From Candidatus Poseidoniaceae archaeon (GTDB taxonomy: Archaea; Thermoplasmatota; Poseidoniia; Poseidoniales; Poseidoniaceae): a DNA stretch of 64,000 nucleotides. Positions 39,081-49,189 of this stretch are shown in pieces. Below the pieces are notes generated by a model that did not search any database, was not told where the DNA came from, and saw only the letters and a program-made list of their open reading frames with translations. The stretch lies in the NCBI GenBank assembly GCA_028821785.1, contig JAPKFC010000001.1, forward strand, positions 7,518 to 71,517, given 5' to 3'. The stretch's first letter is position 1. Each line of letters begins with the position of its first letter. Position numbers and translations under genes: made by a program.

Positions 39081-39587
39081 GTGGGAGATTGTGAATTATG
39101 TGGAGCAATGAAGGTTGGAGTCAAACACGTAAAAACCGGTAAAACAGAGGTCTCAGCCTGTAGTAAGTGTATTGAAAAATTAAACCTTGGGCCAAAACCC
39201 GTCGCCCCTGGATTAGCAAGAGCATTTTCTTCAACTCCGAGGACCAGTGGAACAAATACTCGGACTAGTGGAACTCATCCTAGAGGAAAAAGTATTATGA
39301 CGCGCTCTGAAAAAGACCTCGCCGACGACTTTTCACTACGTATTTCAACAGCCCGTAAACAGAAAAATTGGAATCAATCGCAATTAGGAAAGAGGATGGC
39401 AGAAACTGTAAATATCATCAAATCTGCTGAATCTGGAAAAAGACCAACAGACTCTGTAATAAAAAAGTTTGAACGCATTTTAGGTATTAGTTTGATGATT
39501 GAGCACAGGTCAATTGACACCCGAGCTCTAGACAGTGGCCCATCTCGCGGAATAACACTCGGCGATTATTTCATCAAAGAAGAGTGA
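39081..39587 (+). CDS. mbf1: Archaeal multiprotein bridging factor 1 (Zn ribbon + HTH)
   Basis: CELCG..CSKC, HTH ARKQKNWNQSQLG..ESGKRP..ERILGISL, C-terminal TLGD; start likely GTG 39081. Confidence 0.85.
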   Translation: MGDCELCGAMKVGVKHVKTGKTEVSACSKCIEKLNLGPKPVAPGLARAFSSTPRTSGTNTRTSGTHPRGKSIMTRSEKDLADDFSLRISTARKQKNWNQSQLGKRMAETVNIIKSAESGKRPTDSVIKKFERILGISLMIEHRSIDTRALDSGPSRGITLGDYFIKEE

Positions 39588-39591
39588 TTCG

Positions 39592-40146
39592 ATGAGAGAC
39601 ATACCAGTCCATGCGATTTGGTTGGCCCAAGATGATCCCAAGAAAAATACTGTAGTTAGCGCCTCAAAAAGAGGCGATATAATAATGCATAAACGGTTTG
39701 CTACAGTTCCGAGAAAAGGATTCATTTTAGAGCCATTATGTGGTAAGGTGTTTGGCCCGGAAGACCATGAGGTTCTTCTCAGCAATGGCGGTTCTATAGT
39801 TGGTTTAGACTGTAGTTGGGCTAACATTGAAGAAAGTGTAGAACAAGTGATGAAACGGACCAAATTACAACCGCGGATGTTACCCTTGTTATTGGCAGCA
39901 AATCCTGTTAATTGGGGTAAACCAAGTAAATTGACAACTGCTGAAGCGCTAGCAACTATTCTATTTTTAATCGGCCGAGAACAACAAGCACGGCAAGTAT
40001 TGGGTGCTTTTAGGTGGGGTGAGAGATTTTTTGAATTGAATAAGGAACCGCTTGAAGCATATGCTGCTGCAAAGTCTAGTGCTGAATTAGTTTCGTTACA
40101 ATTCGAATTTTTTGACATTGATAGGTCTTCAATTGAATCCGATTAG
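39592..40146 (+). CDS. tsr3: 16S rRNA aminocarboxypropyltransferase
   Basis: DDPKK, LDCSW, RMLPLLLAANPVNWGKPSKLTTAEALA, FRWGERFFELN. Confidence 0.92.
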   Translation: MRDIPVHAIWLAQDDPKKNTVVSASKRGDIIMHKRFATVPRKGFILEPLCGKVFGPEDHEVLLSNGGSIVGLDCSWANIEESVEQVMKRTKLQPRMLPLLLAANPVNWGKPSKLTTAEALATILFLIGREQQARQVLGAFRWGERFFELNKEPLEAYAAAKSSAELVSLQFEFFDIDRSSIESD

Positions 40147-40157
40147 AGCGTGGTTAT

Positions 40158-40946
40158 ATGAGTGATTTACATAGGAAAATAGGTGTTTCTCGCTGGAATG
40201 GCGAGGACTTTACTTTGGATCAAGATCATGTCGCAGTTGAAGCATTAGTGATAATTAGAATCAATGGTGATGCTATTGCAAACCTGTTAGCCACGCCATC
40301 TGATTTACAAGATTTGGCGATTGGTCATTGTATTGCAGAAGCGAAAACAGGCCCGATTAGCATTGAAAGTTTTACCACTTCTCTAGATGAGACTGGTACT
40401 CACTTCGTGGACATTATTACATCCGAAAAGATTGAACCACTACTTCCCGATGAAAGGATCATTACCAGCAGTTGTGGCGCTTGTGACAGAGACGGAGTGG
40501 ATGCTTTAATGTCAAATGTGCCACTTGTTTCATCATCACAGATTAGTTTCTCTGCAGCCGCAATAAACACTGCTTTCGAAGAGATGAAAAAACTCCAAAT
40601 CGGCTTCTCTGTGACGGGGGGAGTTCATGCTGCCGGGCTGATAGATAGTGAAGGAAATTTAGTGGCTATTAGAGAGGACATTGGACGGCATAACGCGGTT
40701 GACAAATTATTCGGTTTTGCACAAAGAAATGAAATAAATCTCAATCAGCATGGATTACTACTATCGGGTCGATGTGGGTGGGATATCGTTGCTAAATCGG
40801 CCAGAATGGATTGTCCACTGATAGCCAGTATTGGCGCCTCTTCGACTCTTGCAATAGAAGCTGCACGCCAATCTAATATCACACTCTTCTCCTTTGTCCG
40901 TAATGACAAAGGGGTAGTGATTGGACCCTCAAGCCGCCTCAATTGA
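40158..40946 (+). CDS. fdhD: Formate dehydrogenase accessory sulfurtransferase
   Basis: TSSCGAC, TGGVHAA, REDIGRHNAVDKL, LSGR, ASSTLA. Confidence 0.93.
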   Translation: MSDLHRKIGVSRWNGEDFTLDQDHVAVEALVIIRINGDAIANLLATPSDLQDLAIGHCIAEAKTGPISIESFTTSLDETGTHFVDIITSEKIEPLLPDERIITSSCGACDRDGVDALMSNVPLVSSSQISFSAAAINTAFEEMKKLQIGFSVTGGVHAAGLIDSEGNLVAIREDIGRHNAVDKLFGFAQRNEINLNQHGLLLSGRCGWDIVAKSARMDCPLIASIGASSTLAIEAARQSNITLFSFVRNDKGVVIGPSSRLN

Positions 40947-40997
40947 ACAAAGCATTGAGAAGCAAAGCCCCAGCGTGGTAAATTACCGGTGAGGGAA

Positions 40998-43286
40998 ATG
41001 CGTGAAAAGGTAACTGCCCTCACCCCTCCAGATAACAATAAATTAAAGTTATCAAAAATCAAAACTACTGCTGCGGGAATTCCTGCCGCCCTGTCTTCCA
41101 TGAAACATGGAATTACAAGAATGGGTGTGGCTAAAACGGTTAAAAGTTTGATGATGGTTAACCAACAGAAGGGATTTGATTGCCCAGGTTGTGCTTGGCC
41201 AGATCCATCGCATCGAACTACATTTGAATTCTGTGAAAACGGTGCTAAAGCAATTGCTGATGAGGGAACAAAGGCCCGTGTCACCCCTGAGTTTTTCAAG
41301 AAGTATTCTGTACAACATCTTTCCAATCAAAGTGATTATTGGCTAAATAAACAAGGCAGAATTACCAATCCTATGTACCTTGCAAAGGATTCTTCTCACT
41401 ATACAGAAATAAGTTGGGAGGATGCCTTCGAAAAGATATCCACTCAGTTGAATTCTTTACAATCTGCTGACAATGCAGCATTTTACACATCTGGGAGGAC
41501 TAGTAATGAAGCCGCATTCTTATATCAGGCATTTGTACGTGCCTTTGGAACAAATAATTTACCAGATTGCTCAAACATGTGCCATGAGTCGAGTGGTAAA
41601 GGATTGGGAGCTACAATTGGAATTGGTAAAGGAACTGTTACACTTGAAGATTTCAACAAAGCAGATTTGATACTAGTAATTGGCCAGAACCCAGGTACCA
41701 ACCACCCTCGTATGCTGACTGCATTAAGAGATGCAAAAAATAAGGGTGCAAAAATAATTCATGTAAATCCTCTTCCTGAATCGGGTTTGAATCGTTTTAA
41801 GCACCCGCAAGACTACATGACGGCTAATCTGAAATCTACAACACTTGCTGATGTTCACTTACAAGTGAAAATTGGAGGAGATGCTGCTTTGATCAAGGGA
41901 TTGATAAAGATTCATCACCAAAAGGGTGGCATCGATGAATCATTCATTGACTCTAAAACAGATGGATATCAATCGATGCTCGAGTCGGCATTGAATACAC
42001 CCTGGGATGTAATCTGCGCTGATAGCGGATTATCTAGGCAACAAATAGAGCAAGCCGGGCAAATGTGTGCGGATTCCAATGCTACTATCGCTTGCTGGGC
42101 AATGGGATTGACTCAGCATCGCAATGCTGTTACAGTAATTCAAGAAGTTGTTAATCTCTTGTTGATGGGTGGTCATGTTGGCAGAGAAGGCGCTGGATTT
42201 TGCCCTGTAAGAGGTCATTCAAATGTGCAAGGCGATAGAACCGTAGGGATTTGGGAGGCGCCATCTGAATCATTCTTGGAAAGGTTGGAGCAGGGATTGG
42301 GCTTTGAAATGCCTCAACGTCATGGATACGATGTCGTTCACGCGATTAAGGCTATGAGAAAGGGTGATATCGGCGTCTTTTTCTGTTTAGGTGGTAATTT
42401 CATCTCCGCCAGCCCAGATACTGAGGCTACTGCTGAAGGATTGCAAAAAGTTAATCTTACAATTCAAGTATCTACTAAACTCAATCGCGCTCATTGCATC
42501 ACTGGCAAGGAAGCACTCATTCTTCCTTGTCTTGGGCGCACTGAACTTGATGTCACCAAAGAAGGCGAACAATTTGTTTCCGTAGAAAATTCAATGGGTA
42601 TAGTCCATAGCTCTAGAGGCGGCTTCCGTCCTGCTAGCACACAATTACGTAGTGAGCCATGGATTGTTGCGCAATTGGCCAACGCTACATTAGGTAACAA
42701 GCATTTGAATTGGCTTGAACTGACTGATAATTATGACAATATTAGAAATTTGATGGAAAAATCGTTGTATGGCTTCGAAGATTATAACCTTCGAATCCGC
42801 AATCCTAATGGTTTTTCACTACCTAATCCACCAAGAGATAGCCAATCATTTGCTACAGATAATGGAAAGGCGCACTTCACTACTAATTCGTTACCAAATG
42901 TATCTATTGATGATGACAAATATGTAATGATGACAATTAGAAGTCATGACCAATATAACACTACTATCTACGATCTACATGACAGGTATAGAGGTATACA
43001 TGGCAATAGACGAGTGGTGATGATGAATGCCAACGATATGATAGAAAGAGGTTGGAAAACAAGAACTATCGTAGACATAGTATCTCATTTTAAAGGTCAA
43101 ACTAGAAAGGCAGAGCAGTGGATTGTTATTCCTTATGACATTCCGAGTGGCAATATCGCCACTTACTTCCCTGAGGCCAATTGCCTCGTACCCCTTGAAT
43201 CAACAGCAGACATCTCTAATACGCCAACTTCAAAATGGGTTGTAGTATCATTGCATGAGAGTCACTCCTCGCAAGAGGAGGAGTGA
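40998..43286 (+). CDS. FdhF/YdeP family molybdopterin oxidoreductase
   Basis: GFDCPGCAWPDP, EFCENGAKA, YTSGRTSNEAAF, NNLPDCSNMCHE, RGHSNVQGDRT, TIRSHDQYNTTIY. Confidence 0.92.
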   Translation: MREKVTALTPPDNNKLKLSKIKTTAAGIPAALSSMKHGITRMGVAKTVKSLMMVNQQKGFDCPGCAWPDPSHRTTFEFCENGAKAIADEGTKARVTPEFFKKYSVQHLSNQSDYWLNKQGRITNPMYLAKDSSHYTEISWEDAFEKISTQLNSLQSADNAAFYTSGRTSNEAAFLYQAFVRAFGTNNLPDCSNMCHESSGKGLGATIGIGKGTVTLEDFNKADLILVIGQNPGTNHPRMLTALRDAKNKGAKIIHVNPLPESGLNRFKHPQDYMTANLKSTTLADVHLQVKIGGDAALIKGLIKIHHQKGGIDESFIDSKTDGYQSMLESALNTPWDVICADSGLSRQQIEQAGQMCADSNATIACWAMGLTQHRNAVTVIQEVVNLLLMGGHVGREGAGFCPVRGHSNVQGDRTVGIWEAPSESFLERLEQGLGFEMPQRHGYDVVHAIKAMRKGDIGVFFCLGGNFISASPDTEATAEGLQKVNLTIQVSTKLNRAHCITGKEALILPCLGRTELDVTKEGEQFVSVENSMGIVHSSRGGFRPASTQLRSEPWIVAQLANATLGNKHLNWLELTDNYDNIRNLMEKSLYGFEDYNLRIRNPNGFSLPNPPRDSQSFATDNGKAHFTTNSLPNVSIDDDKYVMMTIRSHDQYNTTIYDLHDRYRGIHGNRRVVMMNANDMIERGWKTRTIVDIVSHFKGQTRKAEQWIVIPYDIPSGNIATYFPEANCLVPLESTADISNTPTSKWVVVSLHESHSSQEEE

Positions 43287-43288
43287 TC

Positions 43289-44542
43289 ATGAGCGATATT
43301 GGTTATTTACAATTACTTCGTTCAAATCGAAATTTCCGTAATCTGTGGCTTGCTTCGGTAATTTCAATGTTAGGGGAATGGTTCAACACAATAGCACTGT
43401 TTTTCTTGATTCTGGAATACACAGGTTCAGAATTTTTACTCGGATTCCTATTCACTGTAAGAATGGCTTCATTTGCCTTAATGCAACCATTTATTGGATT
43501 ACTAGCCGATAGATATAGCCGTAAATTAATAATGCTATTTGCAAATTTTGTTCAGATATTTCTGGCCCTTGGTTTTCTTCTAGTAGATAGTGCATCTGAC
43601 ATACCGTGGATGATCGCACTATCAGGATTAATGATGTTACTACATGGCACATATATGACTGCTGAAAGGGCTGCAATACCTAATATTGTCAGTGCTGATG
43701 ATTTGGCCACAGCCAATGCTCTTGATGCAGCCTCATGGTCTACAGCATTGTGTATCGGAGCATTATTGGGTGGAGTCGTGGTATCTTATTGGGGCGCAGA
43801 TGCAGCCTTTATTATCGATTCAATGACATTTGCAATCGCTACACTTCTATTAATTCCAGTGAAAATACAGCAAAAAGTCGAGGAAGAGATGAAAGCACCA
43901 TTTTTCAAAACTGCATTATCAAATATCAAACGCGGTTGGTTAAGGGTGTATACTGAATCGCGCTTGTTGAGGATTATTTTTGCAAAAACCTCCTGGAATA
44001 TCGCTGGTGGTGCATTGGCGGGAGTCTTCTTGGTATTATTGGGGTCAGAAACCGATGGATATGGTGCAGCCATGGGATTCGGTATTTTCTTTTTCGCAAG
44101 AGGTGTCGGGACGGGTCTTGGACCTGTAATTGCTAGGAATGTGTTGAAAGATGAATCTAAATGGCCAGGATTAATTGGTAAATTAGTTATCATAAGCGGG
44201 AGTTTTTACGTATTGGTTTCACTGACTTTGAATATCAGTATCGTATTGACAGTAGTTCTTATTCTTCTTGCCCATGCTGCCAGTGGTGCTAATTGGGTTC
44301 TTTCAACTATTCTAACTCAACGTTGGGTAGAGGATGAAATGAGAGGGAGAGTTTTCTCAATTGATATGTTGTTCATGTCGATCGCATTTTCAATTTCCAC
44401 TTCAGTAGCTGGATATTTGGTAGAAAATTACAATCTAGGAATCGCTGATGGAATTCTATACTTTGGTTCACTGATGATGCTATCTGGAATATTGTTCACA
44501 TTATGGAATCCCAGTAATTCAAAAAGCGTTACACCGGCGTAA
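43289..44542 (+). CDS. Major facilitator superfamily transporter
   Basis: 12 TM pattern, motif A GLLADRYSRK, MRGRVFS. Confidence 0.9.
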   Translation: MSDIGYLQLLRSNRNFRNLWLASVISMLGEWFNTIALFFLILEYTGSEFLLGFLFTVRMASFALMQPFIGLLADRYSRKLIMLFANFVQIFLALGFLLVDSASDIPWMIALSGLMMLLHGTYMTAERAAIPNIVSADDLATANALDAASWSTALCIGALLGGVVVSYWGADAAFIIDSMTFAIATLLLIPVKIQQKVEEEMKAPFFKTALSNIKRGWLRVYTESRLLRIIFAKTSWNIAGGALAGVFLVLLGSETDGYGAAMGFGIFFFARGVGTGLGPVIARNVLKDESKWPGLIGKLVIISGSFYVLVSLTLNISIVLTVVLILLAHAASGANWVLSTILTQRWVEDEMRGRVFSIDMLFMSIAFSISTSVAGYLVENYNLGIADGILYFGSLMMLSGILFTLWNPSNSKSVTPA

Positions 44543-44582
44543 GATGGCAATGCTCAAAGACAGGCTGAGATGTCCCTGTGTT

Positions 44583-46604
44583 ATGTCGGGAGAGGTCGCC
44601 TCTATCCTTGCCGCTTGCCTCGTCTCTGGCATTCCCGATGAGTTACCAGAAATGCCTCCATGGGATGATGGTGTAGACCATGCTCCCGCAAGGCGCCAAG
44701 TATTGTCTCATCAAGAGAAGCAATTGGCTATTAGAAATGCATTGAGATATTTTCCAAAGCATTTACATGCAACACTGGCAAAAGAGTTTAGTCAGGAATT
44801 GAATACTTTTGGCAGAGTGATAATGTGGCGATACCGGCCCACAGAATATGAAATGAAAGCATATCCCATAGATGATTATCCAGCGAAATGCAAACAAGCA
44901 GCCGCGATAATGTTGATGATTCAAAATAATTTAGATCCAATGGTAGCCCAATTCCCTCACGAATTGATAACTTATGGAGGGAACGGGGCAGTTTTCCAAA
45001 ATTGGGCACAATACAGAATCGTGATGAAATATCTATCGCAGATGTCCGAACATCAAACATTGGTAATGTATTCAGGTCATCCGCTTGGATTATTCCCTTC
45101 AAGCCCAAGCGCTCCAAGGGCAATAGTAACTAACGGCATGGTAATCCCAAATCATTCATCTCCTGAAGATTATGAAAGAATGAATGCATTAGGTGTAAGT
45201 CAATACGGTCAAATGACCGCTGGCTCTTACATGTATATTGGACCTCAAGGAATAGTTCATGGAACTACAATTACTTTACTCAATGCAGCAAGAGATAAAT
45301 TAGGAATTTCTGGCGATGAAGGTCTAGAGGGTATTTCTTTCGTGACATCCGGCTTAGGAGGTATGTCTGGGGCTCAAGCGAAAGCTGCTGTGATTGCAGG
45401 TGCCGCCTGTATCATCGCTGAAGTTAATCCACATGCGGCTAGGAAGAGGCAGCAACAAGGTTGGCTGAGTACCGTTGCTGATGATGTGGATGATGCAATT
45501 GACAAAATGCTCCTGGCAGTCAAAAATAAGGAAGCAATTTCTATTGGATATGTGGGAAATATAGTTACTCTGTGGGAGAGGTTGGCTGAAAGAGATATTG
45601 AGGTTGATTTAGGAAGTGATCAAACTTCGCTACACAATCCATGGCAAGGCGGATATTTTCCCGTAGGATTTGATTATGAAGTTGCATCACTAATGATGTC
45701 ACAGCAACCTCAGAAGTTTGCTGATGAAGTTAAAAATAGTTTGATTCGGCATGCCAATGCGATCAACAAAATGACAGATAAAGGGATGTACTTTTGGGAT
45801 TATGGAAATGCATTCCTTCTCGAAGCTAGTCGAGCAGGTGCAGATGTGATGGATGCGGATGGCAGTTTCAAATATCCGTCATACGTTGAAGATATCATGG
45901 GGCCTATGTGCTTCGACTATGGCTTTGGACCATATAGGTGGGTTTGCTGTTCAGGGAGCCCACAGGATTTAGCAGAATCAGATGCAATTGCTTGCGAAGT
46001 TCTTTCTGAAATGATACTGGAATCTCCAATAGAAATTCAACAACAGATGAGAGATAATATCCGCTGGATTGAGCAAGCGGAGTCAAATAACATGGTCGTA
46101 GGCTCTCAGGCGCGTATTCTCTATGCAGATGATGAAGGAAGGAGGAGAATAGCGTCAGCAATGAATAAGGCTATCTCAACAGGACGAATATCTGGCCCAA
46201 TCGTATTGGGTAGAGATCATCACGACGTATCAGGAACTGACTCTCCTTACAGAGAAACCGCAAATATTTCTGACGGCTCAATGTTTACTGCTGATATGGC
46301 GGTTCAAAACTTCGTAGGTGATTCCTTTAGAGGCGCAACATGGGTTAGTTTGCACAATGGTGGAGGTGTTGGCTGGGGCGAAGTTGTAAACGGTGGCTTT
46401 GGCTTGATGCTAGATGGAACTGATGATTCTGAAAACCGATTACAATCAATGCTACACTGGGATGTCAATAATGGGGTGGCGAGAAGGGCTTGGGCTCGTA
46501 ATGACGGGGCTATTTTTGCTGCAAAAAGAGCCATGCAATCACAACCGGATTTACAAGTAACTTTGCCAAATATTGTTGATGACGATATAATTAACTCAGT
46601 CTGA
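44583..46604 (+). CDS. hutU: Urocanate hydratase (long, eukaryote/Bacteroidetes-like form)
   Basis: NNLDP, YGQMTAGSYMYIGPQGIVHGT, GLGGMSGAQ, DQTSLHN, GRDHHDVSG, HNGGGVGWG; start likely ATG 44583. Confidence 0.95.
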   Translation: MSGEVASILAACLVSGIPDELPEMPPWDDGVDHAPARRQVLSHQEKQLAIRNALRYFPKHLHATLAKEFSQELNTFGRVIMWRYRPTEYEMKAYPIDDYPAKCKQAAAIMLMIQNNLDPMVAQFPHELITYGGNGAVFQNWAQYRIVMKYLSQMSEHQTLVMYSGHPLGLFPSSPSAPRAIVTNGMVIPNHSSPEDYERMNALGVSQYGQMTAGSYMYIGPQGIVHGTTITLLNAARDKLGISGDEGLEGISFVTSGLGGMSGAQAKAAVIAGAACIIAEVNPHAARKRQQQGWLSTVADDVDDAIDKMLLAVKNKEAISIGYVGNIVTLWERLAERDIEVDLGSDQTSLHNPWQGGYFPVGFDYEVASLMMSQQPQKFADEVKNSLIRHANAINKMTDKGMYFWDYGNAFLLEASRAGADVMDADGSFKYPSYVEDIMGPMCFDYGFGPYRWVCCSGSPQDLAESDAIACEVLSEMILESPIEIQQQMRDNIRWIEQAESNNMVVGSQARILYADDEGRRRIASAMNKAISTGRISGPIVLGRDHHDVSGTDSPYRETANISDGSMFTADMAVQNFVGDSFRGATWVSLHNGGGVGWGEVVNGGFGLMLDGTDDSENRLQSMLHWDVNNGVARRAWARNDGAIFAAKRAMQSQPDLQVTLPNIVDDDIINSV

Positions 46605-46616
46605 TGTGGTGGTAAT

Positions 46617-48170
46617 ATGGGGGAAGACAATACAATCTATCTCGACGGGGAAACTCTGTCTTCTTCGGAAGTGCAAATGGTTGCTGAAGGAAAGGCATCT
46701 GTTGCTATTTCTCAAGATTCATGGGTCAAAATTAATGCAGCAAGATCTGTTATTGATGGGATACTGGAGAGAGGGGAAACTGTTTACGGAATCAATACAG
46801 GATTCGGTGCATTGGTCAAGGAAAGGATATCAGTTGAAGATTTGGCAGACTTACAAAGAAATCTTATCCGTTCACACGCCACTGGATTGGGAGAGTTCAT
46901 GTCAAAGGAATTGGTTAGGGCTATGATGGTGACAAGGGCTAATTCTCTTGCAAAAGGATGTTCAGGAGTACATCCTGATGTTGTTAATCAGATAATTGCT
47001 TTCATCAATAACGACATTTGTCCAGCGATACCACGTATAGGTAGTTTGGGAGCTAGTGGAGATTTAGCACCATTATCACACATGGCTCTTTCACTAATCG
47101 GAGAGGGTGAGGTCTTAACAGAAACAGGCGTTGGTCCTACTAGAGATGCCTTACTCGCCAATGGTTTAATTGGCATTCAATTGAGGGCTAAGGATGGATT
47201 ATCTCTAATCAACGGAACTAGTCAAATGTTATCGCTCTTAGTTGCTGCTGAACAAAGGCTCAGCCAATTATTACCTCTCGCTGACATCATCATGTGTTGT
47301 TCATTAGAAGCAAGGAAAGGAAGTGTAATGCCTGCTGATGAAAGAGTTCATCTGGCTCGCCCTCACATTGGCCAATTAACAACAGCATCACGGATGCGAA
47401 GAATAATGAAAGATTCTCCAATTCTTCAATCTCATGCTCATTGTGAACAAGTTCAAGATGCTTATTCATTTAGATGTGCTCCTCAAGTCCATGGTGCTGT
47501 TTTGCAGAGATTTATGCAACTGCAAGAAACCTTGGATATAGAATTGAATAGTGCGACGGATAATCCATTGGTATTTCCAGATCCTTCTAACCCTGGTTCA
47601 CATGAAGTTATTTCACAGGGTAATTTCCATGGAGAAGTTTTGGCATTATGTGCTGATTCCATGGCCCATGCACTTTTTGAATTGGCATCTATTAGTGAAC
47701 GAAGGATTGACCAAATCCTTGACCCTGCTAGAAGCAATCTACCAGCGTTCTTGGCAAAGAATTCGGGTCTTGAATCTGGATTGATGATAGTCCAATATGT
47801 TGCAGGTGCATCTTTGGCCGAATTACACGGTCATGCAATGCCACGTTCAGCATTCTCCACTAGCACTTCAGCAGGGCAAGAAGACCACGTTAGTATGGGT
47901 GCTACTGCTTGTTGGAATCTTTTGCTTGCTACCGAGCGATTATCAGAGGTTCTGGCATGTGAATTATTTGTTGCGTGTGAAGCATTGGAGTTTGAACAAC
48001 TACAACCCGCAGATCATGTTCGCTCATTGAAGCAAAGAGTTAGAGTTATTTCACCACCACTCGATGGAGATAGAAGTACAAGCAAAGAGTTGAAGAAAAT
48101 TGCCAACCAGTTATGGCAAGGTGGTTGGCTTGCTAGAATTGAAGCAGAATGCGGCAGACTACCTCGTTAA
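46617..48170 (+). CDS. hutH: Histidine ammonia-lyase
   Basis: YGINTGFG, NLIRSH, MIO-forming GASGDLAPL, QDAYSFRCAPQVHG, GNFHG, QEDHVSMG. Confidence 0.95.
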   Translation: MGEDNTIYLDGETLSSSEVQMVAEGKASVAISQDSWVKINAARSVIDGILERGETVYGINTGFGALVKERISVEDLADLQRNLIRSHATGLGEFMSKELVRAMMVTRANSLAKGCSGVHPDVVNQIIAFINNDICPAIPRIGSLGASGDLAPLSHMALSLIGEGEVLTETGVGPTRDALLANGLIGIQLRAKDGLSLINGTSQMLSLLVAAEQRLSQLLPLADIIMCCSLEARKGSVMPADERVHLARPHIGQLTTASRMRRIMKDSPILQSHAHCEQVQDAYSFRCAPQVHGAVLQRFMQLQETLDIELNSATDNPLVFPDPSNPGSHEVISQGNFHGEVLALCADSMAHALFELASISERRIDQILDPARSNLPAFLAKNSGLESGLMIVQYVAGASLAELHGHAMPRSAFSTSTSAGQEDHVSMGATACWNLLLATERLSEVLACELFVACEALEFEQLQPADHVRSLKQRVRVISPPLDGDRSTSKELKKIANQLWQGGWLARIEAECGRLPR

Positions 48171-49076
48171 TCACAAGGAAAGTAACCATTTTTCCAGTTC
48201 ATCTAGGCCTGTCAGTTGCCTAATTCTGAATCTAGCAGTGGTTAATTCAGTGGCTGAGATATTATCGGAAATTGCTTCTAGATGGTTTTCTAATTCAACA
48301 GCCCTTCTAACCTTCTCCTCAACTGATGAATATAATTGATGAGCCATCTTTTCATCTATAATCGTAAGTGCTGGCTCAACTTCAGAAACATCTAGACCCA
48401 TTCTCCTCCATTGTAAAATACGGCGCGTAAGGATGGAATTACTAAATCCATTACGAGGTAATCGAGTCAGCATTACCAACTTAGGAGAGCCATCTTCTCT
48501 AGTATCTAATTCAATATCTTCCCCAGGCATTTGCTGGAAATTATGAATTTTTATTGCTTCACTGGGATCGTTTTGTGTATCGGAGTTTTCTTCATGGAAC
48601 TCGATAAGGTCATCTTGCATTTGCGAGAAGATTTCTGCCTCTGGCGCTTCTCTCCTTAATCGCGCTAGCCAAACCGAATCAAACACTAAACAATTTATTG
48701 GAAATATGATTTTCCAAGAACTTTTGTATGCTTCATCTCTAATTTGCCGAATAAATGCCAGGACAGCATCCTCGCCGTGTAAAGACACTAGCCACTCAAG
48801 TCCTTCTATGATTATCAATCCGTGGTCATTAGGTAATTTGGAAGTGACAATGTGGGCGATTTTTTCAAGACTAGGAGCAATTGCGCCAGCAGTGGCACGG
48901 TCGGATAGCCAATATGATTCAACCTTAGCCAAATCAATGTACTCTAACAATCGTTTGTGAGGCTGGCGGCTGAACAACAATACATGTTGCTGAGAGACTT
49001 CTAATTGTTTGTCGAGCCAAGGATATAAGACAGTATTGTCGGATAATTCTGCAGTATATAGTCGCCCTTGCTCCAT
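48171..49076 (-). CDS. DUF835-like (inactive RecA/KaiC-fold) domain protein
   Basis: SRQPH..YWLS..IAPSLE..IIIEGLEWL pattern typical of DUF835. Confidence 0.65.
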   Translation of the reverse strand: MEQGRLYTAELSDNTVLYPWLDKQLEVSQQHVLLFSRQPHKRLLEYIDLAKVESYWLSDRATAGAIAPSLEKIAHIVTSKLPNDHGLIIIEGLEWLVSLHGEDAVLAFIRQIRDEAYKSSWKIIFPINCLVFDSVWLARLRREAPEAEIFSQMQDDLIEFHEENSDTQNDPSEAIKIHNFQQMPGEDIELDTREDGSPKLVMLTRLPRNGFSNSILTRRILQWRRMGLDVSEVEPALTIIDEKMAHQLYSSVEEKVRRAVELENHLEAISDNISATELTTARFRIRQLTGLDELEKWLLSL

Positions 49077-49189
49077 CGGTCAGCCTCCCTTAAATGGTAC
49101 TATGAAGTAACCGCTCTATTTACTATGTGTCACTGTAAACTCCATCAAGCATTATATCTATTGTTTGTTTGGCATATATAGGTGTGACA

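Noticed and set aside
39236..39278. 21-bp imperfect duplication (RTSGT x2) in the aMBF1 linker
   Set aside because: Minor linker expansion with no evident functional meaning
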